Of a stretch of DNA of 64,000 nt, positions 50,677-59,192 are shown piece after piece. The notes under the pieces are model-generated. The model did no database searches. It was not told the origin of the DNA and saw nothing but the letters and a program-made list of their open reading frames with translations. The stretch is from contig OY970194.1 in the NCBI GenBank assembly GCA_963708075.1, positions 2,752,001-2,816,000 of the forward strand, read 5' to 3'. The DNA is from Sedimentisphaerales bacterium (GTDB taxonomy: Bacteria > Planctomycetota > Phycisphaerae > Sedimentisphaerales > Anaerobacaceae). Position numbers and translations under genes: made by a program. Every line of letters begins with the position of its first letter. Within the stretch, counting starts at the first letter, position 1.

Positions 50677-51456
50677 ATGGAAAACCTGTTCGACTTGTCG
50701 GGAAAAGTGGCGATTGTGACGGGAACCAGCCGGGGCCTAGGCCAATATTTCGGCCGGGCGTTGGCCCAGGCCGGGGCGGACCTGGTCATTACCAGCCGGG
50801 ACGTGTCGCGTCTGAGACCGTTCAAGGAGGAGATCGAGGGTCTCGGCCGCAGGGCCCTGCCCGTCAAGCTCGACGTGCTCAACGAGGGTGACATCGCTAA
50901 CCTCGTCCCCGCGGCCCTCGCCGAGTACGGCAAGATCGATATCCTCGTCAACAACGCCGGCCTGAACATCCGCCATCCGGCTGTCGAGTTCACGTGGAAG
51001 GAGTGGGACACCGTCCTGAACACGAACCTCAAGGGCGCATTCTTCGTCGCCCAGACGGTCGGCAAGGAGATGATGAAACGCAAGTACGGCCGGATCATCA
51101 ATATCGGCTCGTGCACCTGTGTCTTCGGCATGGAGGGCATCAGCCCGTACTGCGCCAGTCGCGGCGGCATCCTGCAGATGAGCCGCAGCCTGGCCGCGGA
51201 GTGGGGTCGCCATGGCGTCACCGTCAACGTCCTCGCCCCCGGCTGGTTCAAAACCGCCCAGAACAAGATCCTCTACGAGAACAAGAAATGGGTCGAGTAC
51301 ATTGTCGACCGCATCCCCCTGGGCCGCCCCGGCCAGCCAAACGACCTCGACGGCACTGTGATCTTCTTAGCCTCCGACGCCTCCGCCTACATCACCGGCC
51401 AGATCATCCTGGTAGATGGCGGCTTCACCACCGGCGCCACCCGAGCCATCCCCTGA
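50677..51456 (+). CDS. SDR oxidoreductase (gluconate 5-dehydrogenase-like)
   Basis: TGTSRGLG, LVNNAG, YCASR, APGWF.T, VDGG. Confidence 0.92.
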   Translation: MENLFDLSGKVAIVTGTSRGLGQYFGRALAQAGADLVITSRDVSRLRPFKEEIEGLGRRALPVKLDVLNEGDIANLVPAALAEYGKIDILVNNAGLNIRHPAVEFTWKEWDTVLNTNLKGAFFVAQTVGKEMMKRKYGRIINIGSCTCVFGMEGISPYCASRGGILQMSRSLAAEWGRHGVTVNVLAPGWFKTAQNKILYENKKWVEYIVDRIPLGRPGQPNDLDGTVIFLASDASAYITGQIILVDGGFTTGATRAIP

Positions 51457-51501
51457 TACCTTTGATTTCCCTGAGCGGATTGGAGCTTGAGCCTCATCGC
51501 G

Positions 51502-51855
51502 ATGGATAAGCACCGTTTGAACATCTACTTGAGAATCATAGGAATTCCGGTGGCAGCTTTTGCCGCTGTTACTGTGCTCTGCTCTTGGCTTTTTCAATGC
51601 ATCTATCTATATCCTGCTGTCCTTGCAAGTGAGACACTCAAGACGCTGACAGAAGCCATTTTTGGCATGACGATCTTGGGTTCATTTGCGGTGACACTGT
51701 GTGTGATTCTGCGCCGCCATCACCTGTTGCTCGGAAGATCTATTTCAACTCTGGTTAGGATCACGCTCGTACTCCTGATCGTTCTCTCCCTGTTGGGGCT
51801 CACCATGAATATCGCTGTTGCTTTGGCAACGCTGATGCGCATTGTCGGAACGTAG
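51502..51855 (+). CDS. Small 3-TM hypothetical protein, lower GC
   Basis: Three hydrophobic segments. Confidence 0.5.
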   Translation: MDKHRLNIYLRIIGIPVAAFAAVTVLCSWLFQCIYLYPAVLASETLKTLTEAIFGMTILGSFAVTLCVILRRHHLLLGRSISTLVRITLVLLIVLSLLGLTMNIAVALATLMRIVGT

Positions 51856-51920
51856 CGGGTGCCTCCGGGATGCACAGTGTTGTCCCGCTGGCGTCACAAG
51901 ATCACCCGTTTCAATCCGGC

Positions 51921-53135
51921 CTATTTGGTGCCTTGGTAGGCGCGGACGTAATCGATGTACATGTCGGCCAGGCCGCTGTAGCGGGACAGGTCTACGGGCC
52001 AGCCGCCGCCGGTGGCTAAGTTCACCATGAAGAAGAGGGGCTGCTGTTTAGATAGCGGAAGGGTCGGGTGGCGGCCTACCTCGATGTTGTCGCAATAATA
52101 AATCGTGTCGGTTTCGGTGATCTTGCAGCCGTAGGTGTGAAACGCCTCAAACCAGGTCGAGGGGATGCCGAGCTTGTGCATGCGGACTGGGTTGTGGAGT
52201 CCCTCGTATGCCTTTTTCTCGATGGCCTTGCCTTCGTCGCCCTGATTCCAGCAGTGCGGGACGACCATGTAGCGGTCGCCGGCGTTGGGCGACTTGGGGC
52301 CTTCACCACCGTAGGCTTCGATGATATCCAATTCGTCGCAGGGCGTCTTGTCACGAAGGGGCTCATAGATCGCCATGTAGTTGGTCATGAGCCAGAACGC
52401 CGGCCAGGTGCCGATGGCGTTGGGGCCGAGAAAGCGGCACTCGAAATAGCACGGGGCCGAAGCGGTGATGCCGCTTCCGTCATTCTTGATGGAGCAGATC
52501 AGCCCGGAGCTGTGGGCCTTGTCGCTGGCCCGAATCCGCAGGTACGAGTCGATGTGGGCGAAGGGACTCTTGCGGGAATCGTTGCTCGTGAACGTGTGCA
52601 CGCTGAAGTCCTGCCAGCCATTGGGCGGCTTGTGGTCGTAATAGGTGGCGTTCGGGTCGGTGCTGGAGATGGAGAGCGGTTCGTTGAAATCGTCGGCAAA
52701 GACCAGTCTCATGCCTGCGGCCTGACACGGGTCCTCGGGCAACCCCTCGTTCCAGGACACGCCGCCCTGGTTGTAAAGCTGCAGGTAGCAATTGTCCCTG
52801 GCGTCACGGCTTTGGCCGGTGATTGTCAGCGTGATAGGCCCATGGGGATACTCGTCGGCGGGAAAGACGATGGTCCCCTGCCCCTGATCGTCCATCACGA
52901 CTTGGCCCACGGTGGAGTCTGTCCCGAAGCCTTCGCCCTGCTTCCAGCATCTGACGGTCACAGTCCTGAAGCCGGCGGCTGCTATGACGATGGGTGTGTC
53001 CCCTTGCACGGTGGAGCAATATGGGGGAGAGGTCACCTGCACCATCGCGGACGCCAATCCCCGCACGGGAGTCATCCCGCAGGTCACGAGCAGAAGCAAC
53101 GCCATCAGCGATGTCCGGGCGTGCATGGCAGCCAT
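51921..53135 (-). CDS. Secreted glycoside hydrolase family 16-like protein
   Basis: LVFADDF, GTWPAFWL, ELDIIE (ExDxxE), FHTYG, MYIDYVRAY. Confidence 0.85.
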   Translation of the reverse strand: MAAMHARTSLMALLLLVTCGMTPVRGLASAMVQVTSPPYCSTVQGDTPIVIAAAGFRTVTVRCWKQGEGFGTDSTVGQVVMDDQGQGTIVFPADEYPHGPITLTITGQSRDARDNCYLQLYNQGGVSWNEGLPEDPCQAAGMRLVFADDFNEPLSISSTDPNATYYDHKPPNGWQDFSVHTFTSNDSRKSPFAHIDSYLRIRASDKAHSSGLICSIKNDGSGITASAPCYFECRFLGPNAIGTWPAFWLMTNYMAIYEPLRDKTPCDELDIIEAYGGEGPKSPNAGDRYMVVPHCWNQGDEGKAIEKKAYEGLHNPVRMHKLGIPSTWFEAFHTYGCKITETDTIYYCDNIEVGRHPTLPLSKQQPLFFMVNLATGGGWPVDLSRYSGLADMYIDYVRAYQGTK

Positions 53136-54625
53136 CAGTCAGCCCTCCCTGTCAGTTGGGGTTCCTTGGTTGGGCCGAAACCTACGTTCGTCTCGACATT
53201 GCATTGGAGCTCCTGGTCGGAGAACCCCAGGCGGATCGTGGTGATGTACGGGGTTTCGTAGAAGCAGAGCTTGGCCGTGAAGGTGTCATTCGCAGTCCAG
53301 GCGCCGCTGGCCGCCACGGGCTGCTCGGTGATGATGTCGCCGGAGAGGACCGTGTCAAGGCTCCAGGCGATCCGCTCCTTCTGCCACGTGCCGCAGCCGC
53401 AGACGATTCGTCGCTCGGCACCGTTGAATCGGGCGACGAGAGTCACGGCATCGCCTTTCCCACCGCTTTCGAGCGTGATCGCTTCGAGCTTACGGTCATT
53501 GGCGGAGAATACGTACTTCTTGCCTGAGACCTTCACGGGAGACGTGGCGCCTTCCGGCGTGGGCAGTGACAGATACTTCAGGGTGTGTTCGAGTCTCTGC
53601 CTGGCCGCATCATCGGGAGGCAGAGGCGATGCCTTGATCGCCGGCAACAGCTCGTCCCAGACCAGGTTCAGGACGGCCTGCATGTCTTTCACGCCGCTGG
53701 TGATGGCAATTACCGCATCCTGCTCAGGCAGCACGATGCAATACTGGCCGAACGCCCCATCGCCGCGATAGATGCCGTGTCGGCAGCGCCAGAACTGGTA
53801 GCCATAGCCCTGGTCCCAGTCGCTCTGGGGGTTGCTGCCGTTGGAGGTCTGCCGGGCGGTGGCCGCCGCGACCCAGGCCTCGGGGACAAGCTGTCTGCCC
53901 TGCCATCTGCCCTTTTGGAGGTAAAGCTGGCCAAAGCGAGCGATGTCCTCGGTGCGGACGCTCAGGCCGTAACCGCCGGTGGTGATACCTTGCGGGCTGG
54001 CTTCCCAGGTCGGGTGCTCGATGCCCAGAGGCTCAAACAGTCGCGGCCGCAGGTAATCGAGGATGGTCTGCCCGGTGGCCTTCTGGACGATGGCAGAGAG
54101 CATATATGTCCCCGAGGTGTTGTAGAGGAAATGGGTCCCGGGCTTGAACGGGACGGGATGGGCAAGGAACGCCCTGGTCCAGGGCTGACCCGCGGGGCGG
54201 GGCGGTTCGGTCTGATGACCCGTGGACATTCGGAGCAGGTCGCTGACCCGCATCGCCTTGAGGTTGCCGCTCGGCTCGGCTGGGGCGTCCTCGGGGAAGA
54301 ACTTGAGCACCTCGTCGTCCAGGCTGAGCTTGCCCTCCGCGATGGCCAGCCCTACCGCCGTGGATGTGAAACTCTTGCTCAGCGAATACAGGGAATGGGG
54401 AGACCCGGGGTTGTAGGGTGCCCACCAGCCCTCGGCGACCACGTAGCCGTGACGCAGGAGCATGAAACTATTCATGGACTCGATATGCTTATCGGCCGCC
54501 TCGACAAAGGACAGGACAGCCGAGGAAGAGACCCCCTGGGCCTCCGGGCTGCTGCGTGGCAAGCCTGCCCCAACGCAAATTGAGCTACTGGCGATCATCA
54601 GCGCGGTAATGCAAAGAGTCTTCAT
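53135..54625 (-). CDS. Serine hydrolase, beta-lactamase (class C-like) family
   Basis: YSLSKSF (SxxK), FLYNT, LFEPLGI, YGYQFW, RGDGAFGQ. Confidence 0.92.
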   Translation of the reverse strand: MKTLCITALMIASSSICVGAGLPRSSPEAQGVSSSAVLSFVEAADKHIESMNSFMLLRHGYVVAEGWWAPYNPGSPHSLYSLSKSFTSTAVGLAIAEGKLSLDDEVLKFFPEDAPAEPSGNLKAMRVSDLLRMSTGHQTEPPRPAGQPWTRAFLAHPVPFKPGTHFLYNTSGTYMLSAIVQKATGQTILDYLRPRLFEPLGIEHPTWEASPQGITTGGYGLSVRTEDIARFGQLYLQKGRWQGRQLVPEAWVAAATARQTSNGSNPQSDWDQGYGYQFWRCRHGIYRGDGAFGQYCIVLPEQDAVIAITSGVKDMQAVLNLVWDELLPAIKASPLPPDDAARQRLEHTLKYLSLPTPEGATSPVKVSGKKYVFSANDRKLEAITLESGGKGDAVTLVARFNGAERRIVCGCGTWQKERIAWSLDTVLSGDIITEQPVAASGAWTANDTFTAKLCFYETPYITTIRLGFSDQELQCNVETNVGFGPTKEPQLTGRAD

Positions 54626-55162
54626 GCCTGCAACCTCACAAAATGAGTTCCATCGTCCGCCCGGGGGTCGTCACCCCCGGCTTTCGGTCGAACGAGACCA
54701 TTGTAGAAGCAAGCCACTGGAAGGGCAAAAGGGAAACCTGGGCAAAGGGTCCGGGTGCGCTGCGTAAGATCGTGTGGAGCCAGGCCGGCTGATCACTGGC
54801 CGCTGTATGTGATTGGCTTCGCTTTCCAATCCACGAAATAGGTCAGGTCCACGCCCACACTCGGATCGAGCCCGCCATTGTCGGGCAGCTCGGACGTGGC
54901 ACCGGACGCGCCGAAATTGCCGAGCGGATACGACGGTCGGTCGGTATCGCCCCAGAATCCATAGTCCTATGGTACGGGCAGAACGGCGGGAAAACAAACC
55001 GCAATCTCCACAGGCCACAGGAGACAAATACACGCGACACCCTGAAGGCAGACGGCGCCTCCGGTGGGTCAATCGACGAAATCGAACTGAGTACATCCCT
55101 CCGTGCTCGCCTTCGCAGCTTTCGTGCCCCCCATCTTCACGGGCCGTGGGGTGATCCAATTA

Positions 55163-55180
55163 TGCAAAACAAAGTCAATC
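55163..55180 (-). repeat. Solo inverted copy of the 18-bp array repeat
   Basis: TGCAAAACAAAGTCAATC; its reverse complement matches array copy 8 at 17/18. Confidence 0.65.
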
Positions 55181-55262
55181 GTTTCGCAATTGGCGGAGCA
55201 ATCACGTATAATCGCCGGCAGGTAGTCTGGTTAGTGGTCGGCGTTCAAGTTGCAGGGAAGTT

Positions 55263-56435
55263 ATGACGGATGGCATTTCGCTGCCGGAGCGTGTTTCGCA
55301 CGTGAAGGTGGATGGCAAAGACGTGTACCTGGTGGGTACGGCCCACCTGTCACAGGAAAGCGTGCAGGATGTCCGGACAACGGTCGAGCAGGTGCGGCCG
55401 CAGACGATCTGCGTGGAGTTGTGCAAGTCCAGGCACCAGGCAATCACCGAGGCGGACGCATGGAGCAAGATGGACATCTTCAAGGTGATCCGCCAGAGAA
55501 AGGCCATGTTCCTGCTGGCCCAGTTGATCATGAGCTCGTTCTACCGCCGGCTCGGTGAGAAGCTGGGCATCCAGCCGGGGGCGGAGATGATCGAAGGCAT
55601 CCGCCTGGCCGAGGAAACCAAGGCTGAGCTCGTCCTGGCCGACCGCGATATCGAGATCACCCTCAAGCGAGTCTGGGGATATCTGGGCTTCTGGAGCAAA
55701 CTCAAGCTCGCCATGCAGCTTACGGTGGGAATCTTCGTTCAGGACGAGATCGACGCGGACACGATCGAGGTCCTCAAGCAAAAAGACCAGCTTGAGGGCA
55801 TCATGGCGGAGTTCGCCGGCAAATTCCCGGAGATCAAGAAACGCCTGATCGATGAGCGGGACACGTGCCTGGCGCAGAAGATTCGCAACGCGCCCGGCCA
55901 GACCGTGGTGGCCGTCGTTGGGGCGGGCCATGTGAACGGCATCATGAGCCAGATTCAGCAGGACCACGATCTTACAGAGCTGATGGAGTTGCCGCCCAAG
56001 TCGATCTGGCCGAAGATCGCGGGCTGGGGTGTGCCGCTGCTGATCGTGGCGATGCTCGCCTACAGTTTTCGAGAGGGAGCGGAGAGCGGCTTCAAGAATA
56101 TTTACATCTGGATCCTCGTCACGGGCAGCCTGTCCGCCGCGGGCGCTGCACTGGCCCTGGCTCATCCCTTGACGATCATCTCGGCGTTTCTGGCGGCGCC
56201 GATCACAACGCTGCACCCGCTGCTGGCCGCCGGCTGGATCGCCGGACTTGTACAAGCGTTCATCAAGAAACCCCGCGTCGGCGATCTCGAAGACCTGCCG
56301 AATGCGATTGCGACGCTTAAAGGCTTCTGGACCAATCCCGTGATCCGCATCCTGCTGGTCGTCGCCTTGGCGAATATCGGCAGCGCCATCGGCATGTACG
56401 TCGCCGGCTTCTGGATCGGCGCCCGCTCCGTCTGA
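55263..56435 (+). CDS. TraB/PrgY/GumN family protein with C-terminal TMs
   Basis: LVGTAHLSQES, VELC..R, PGAEM, ADRDI.ITL.R, LIDERD, VVGAGH. Confidence 0.92.
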   Translation: MTDGISLPERVSHVKVDGKDVYLVGTAHLSQESVQDVRTTVEQVRPQTICVELCKSRHQAITEADAWSKMDIFKVIRQRKAMFLLAQLIMSSFYRRLGEKLGIQPGAEMIEGIRLAEETKAELVLADRDIEITLKRVWGYLGFWSKLKLAMQLTVGIFVQDEIDADTIEVLKQKDQLEGIMAEFAGKFPEIKKRLIDERDTCLAQKIRNAPGQTVVAVVGAGHVNGIMSQIQQDHDLTELMELPPKSIWPKIAGWGVPLLIVAMLAYSFREGAESGFKNIYIWILVTGSLSAAGAALALAHPLTIISAFLAAPITTLHPLLAAGWIAGLVQAFIKKPRVGDLEDLPNAIATLKGFWTNPVIRILLVVALANIGSAIGMYVAGFWIGARSV

Positions 56436-56452
56436 CCGAAGCACGCGTGCAG

Positions 56453-57868
56453 TTACGGCTTGATGGCGCGGTTATAGATGCGAATATCGTCGATCAGGCC
56501 TGACCAAAATGTGGCGGAGCTCAGGTCGCTGCCAACTCCGATAAAGAGCCCGTTGGTTGAGGTCCTCAACTTGGCGAGCTTCCGTGTGTCGGCGGCTGCC
56601 TCCCGGCCGTCCACGTAAAGGTAGCGGCACGAGCCGTCCCAGACCAGGCGGACCTGGTGCCAGGCTCCGTCGGTGACGCACTCGGTTGAAACGAGCGGGC
56701 GTGTGAAGCGGCCGCCGTCGGTCAGAGTCGTCATCAGCATGCCTGTTGCGGTATCTGTGCCAAGCCAGATTTGGCTGGTGCCGGACTGTTCCGACTGGGA
56801 GACAATCGCCCCGCCGGGCTGCACGCTCTTGATCCAGGCGAAGACCGTAAATGGGCCATCGGCCGGATTGAGGACGTTGCCGACGGTCACGTGGTCGTCT
56901 ATGCCGTCGAGCTCCAGCGCCCCGCCGATGCTGCCCCCCTGCGGCTGCCAGACGGGTGAGCCGTGCACCGTGCCCTCAAAATGCCTGAGCCTGTCAGCGG
57001 CAACCAGGCCCTCGATCTCGTCGAGGGGCCAGTGGGCCACGAGGCCCGGACACATCAGCCAGTACCTGCCCAGGCCCGCAAGGTCCGCCCAGGAGACGAT
57101 GCCGTCGGCCTCGGCCGGTGCAATATCGAGAGCGGGCTCCTGTGCTCCCCACTGCTGCGCCAGCTTCGCGAAATCAATGAGATTCAGGACTCCATCCTGG
57201 TTGAAATCGGGCAGGAAGCGCACGCCCAGCAGGTACGGGGCGATGGTCTGGGCCATAATGCCGGCGCCTTCAGCATTCGGATGGATAGCGTCTGGAAACA
57301 ATTTCCCATAGTCCGCCAAGGCCGCATACAAGTCGATCACAGGCACGCCCTTCGTCGCGCCAATCTCGTCGATCATCGGCAGGATCTCGTCATGGATCAC
57401 TGCGGGGCGGATGGTGAAGCTCTCCCCGAAGGCGGGCACGGGCTTGCAGATCCAGACTTGCGGCCGGCTGGGCAAGTTCCGGAAGACGTCGATCATCGCG
57501 CAGTAATCCGAGATGAAACTCGCTTTGTATTGCCAGTTTTGCGGCTTGGAATCATTCGTGCCGAGCTTGATGATCACCACATCCGGGTTGCACGTCCGGG
57601 CGCTGACGTACGCGCTCTGGCGGATGTAAGGCAAGTCCCCCCTGCTCAGGAGCGTCGCTCCGCTGACGCCATAGTTGTCCACTCGCCACGTGGGTTCATA
57701 CTCCTGCAGGATTCGCTGCAGTTGGGCGGGGTAACTGTCATTCAGCCGGTTGGCGATCCCGGCTCCGTACGTGATGCTGTCCCCCACGCACGCGACGAGC
57801 TTCGCCGCCGCCGTCAGGGCGCAAAGGTGGATCAGGGACATCGCCGCCAGAAGCATTTTCGTTCTCAT
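56453..57868 (-). CDS. SGNH/GDSL esterase with dockerin-like and LamG-like C-terminal domains
   Basis: CVGDSIT.G, GVSG.T, LGTND, DAIHP; DFNQDGVLNLIDF; HWPLDE; IDDIRIY. Confidence 0.88.
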   Translation of the reverse strand: MRTKMLLAAMSLIHLCALTAAAKLVACVGDSITYGAGIANRLNDSYPAQLQRILQEYEPTWRVDNYGVSGATLLSRGDLPYIRQSAYVSARTCNPDVVIIKLGTNDSKPQNWQYKASFISDYCAMIDVFRNLPSRPQVWICKPVPAFGESFTIRPAVIHDEILPMIDEIGATKGVPVIDLYAALADYGKLFPDAIHPNAEGAGIMAQTIAPYLLGVRFLPDFNQDGVLNLIDFAKLAQQWGAQEPALDIAPAEADGIVSWADLAGLGRYWLMCPGLVAHWPLDEIEGLVAADRLRHFEGTVHGSPVWQPQGGSIGGALELDGIDDHVTVGNVLNPADGPFTVFAWIKSVQPGGAIVSQSEQSGTSQIWLGTDTATGMLMTTLTDGGRFTRPLVSTECVTDGAWHQVRLVWDGSCRYLYVDGREAAADTRKLAKLRTSTNGLFIGVGSDLSSATFWSGLIDDIRIYNRAIKP

Positions 57869-57978
57869 TTCCTCACTCCTGTTCATGAAGAAGCCGTGAT
57901 GAAAAGCGCACAGGCAAGCAGGACCGGCCCACTCCGGAGAATCCCGGTGCCTCATCCGGGCGATCGGTTCTGCCGCCG

Positions 57979-59067
57979 CTATTCTACCTTTCTTGCGGCG
58001 GGCATGGGAAGAGGGTTCTGATCGTTTGCGGGGACATGGGACGCCGAGTGACCCGTGGCGTCCGAGCTTGGGAAAGGCAGGATCTGGGCTCGCGAGACAG
58101 GCGGGTCGGCCGGTGCATCAGTATCTTCAACTTTGACTTTCACTTTCGGCTGTGTCTTCCAGCGGCGGTGCAGCCACCAGTACTGGGTTGGGTCCTCCCG
58201 CACGAAATCCTCGATGGCTTTCGTGTACTCGGCGGTGATCCATTCGAGGGGGTTTTCCTTGTCGGCCCACTCCTCTGGAAGAATCAGCCGGGTGCGCTTG
58301 AACTCAAAGAAGAACCGATTGTCGATCCTGCGGCAGTAACCGACCGCGATGGGCAGGTTGTACGTGATGGCCAGAAGGCCGATGCTCTTGTACGTACTGG
58401 CCTTTCGGCCGAAGAAATCGACGAAGATGCCCTTCCTGCCGGCGTCCTGATCCGCGATGAAACCGAGCGTGCTGCCCCTGCGTATGATCTCGGGCATGAG
58501 CGTCGCGGCGCCTTTTTTGTCGATCAGTTTCAGTCCCCGGCGTTGCCGAACGCCGTACAGGTAGCGGTTCAGGTACTTGTTGTCGAGCGGCCGGGCTACG
58601 CTGTAGCTGTCGAAACTGAAGAGCCCCATCAGGTAGCCGATGATCTCGAAATTGCCGTAATGGCCCGTGACCATGATCAGCCCCTTGCGCTCCTTCATCA
58701 GCCACTTGATATACTCCGCGTTCTTGAATCGCGAGTAACGCCGCCAGTTGTGCTTGTTGACCAGGCGGGGCGTGAACAGCACATCGATCGTCAGCATGAC
58801 GATGCTCTCGAAGCTCCGCCGGCCCGTTTCCTGAATCCATTCCTCGCTCTTCTCGGGGAAGCTGGCGCGGAGGTTCTCCAAGGCCCTCTGGCGGCCCCGA
58901 GGATAGTATTTCCACAATAGCCGGCCCAGGAAACGGGCAGTTCTCAGGTTCGTCTCGATGTTGAAGAGGGACAGGAAGACTACGAGGACCCGGACGGCCA
59001 CATAGAGCAGCCAATCGAGGAACGGATGATGCTTTTTCTTCTTCTTACGAACAGGATCGTCAGCCAT
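57979..59067 (-). CDS. Lipid A biosynthesis (LpxL/HtrB-type) acyltransferase
   Basis: TGHYGNFE, ADQDAG..GIFVDFFG, PTQYWWLHRRWKT. Confidence 0.9.
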   Translation of the reverse strand: MADDPVRKKKKKHHPFLDWLLYVAVRVLVVFLSLFNIETNLRTARFLGRLLWKYYPRGRQRALENLRASFPEKSEEWIQETGRRSFESIVMLTIDVLFTPRLVNKHNWRRYSRFKNAEYIKWLMKERKGLIMVTGHYGNFEIIGYLMGLFSFDSYSVARPLDNKYLNRYLYGVRQRRGLKLIDKKGAATLMPEIIRRGSTLGFIADQDAGRKGIFVDFFGRKASTYKSIGLLAITYNLPIAVGYCRRIDNRFFFEFKRTRLILPEEWADKENPLEWITAEYTKAIEDFVREDPTQYWWLHRRWKTQPKVKVKVEDTDAPADPPVSRAQILPFPSSDATGHSASHVPANDQNPLPMPAARKVE

Positions 59068-59111
59068 AGTCCATGATTGTACGGGCATGACCGGGTTTGT
59101 CAAGATAGGGA

Positions 59112-59144
59112 AAGAGCCGGAGAAGCGTCACTCCCCCGGCTCTT
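59112..59144 (-). terminator. Hairpin downstream of the large secreted protein gene
   Basis: AAGAGCCGG...CCGGCTCTT with only a short U tract. Confidence 0.45.
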
Positions 59145-59192
59145 GATAATCCGTCTCCATGCCGCAAGTCGCAGCGAGACTCCGGTTGAGGA

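Noticed and set aside
43410..53368. Diversity-generating retroelement TR/VR pair
   Set aside because: No reverse transcriptase in the window, and the three mismatches are not confined to adenines of one copy.
54700..54800. Cobalamin riboswitch-like words (GCCACTG, GAGCCAGG)
   Set aside because: The other core elements are not evident and there is no B12-related downstream gene; an Rfam/Infernal scan would settle it.
38231..58021. Long antisense ORFs (e.g. 40860..42548, 45277..46665, 52068..53261, 56963..58021)
   Set aside because: Shadow ORFs opposite well-supported genes, as expected from high-GC codon bias.
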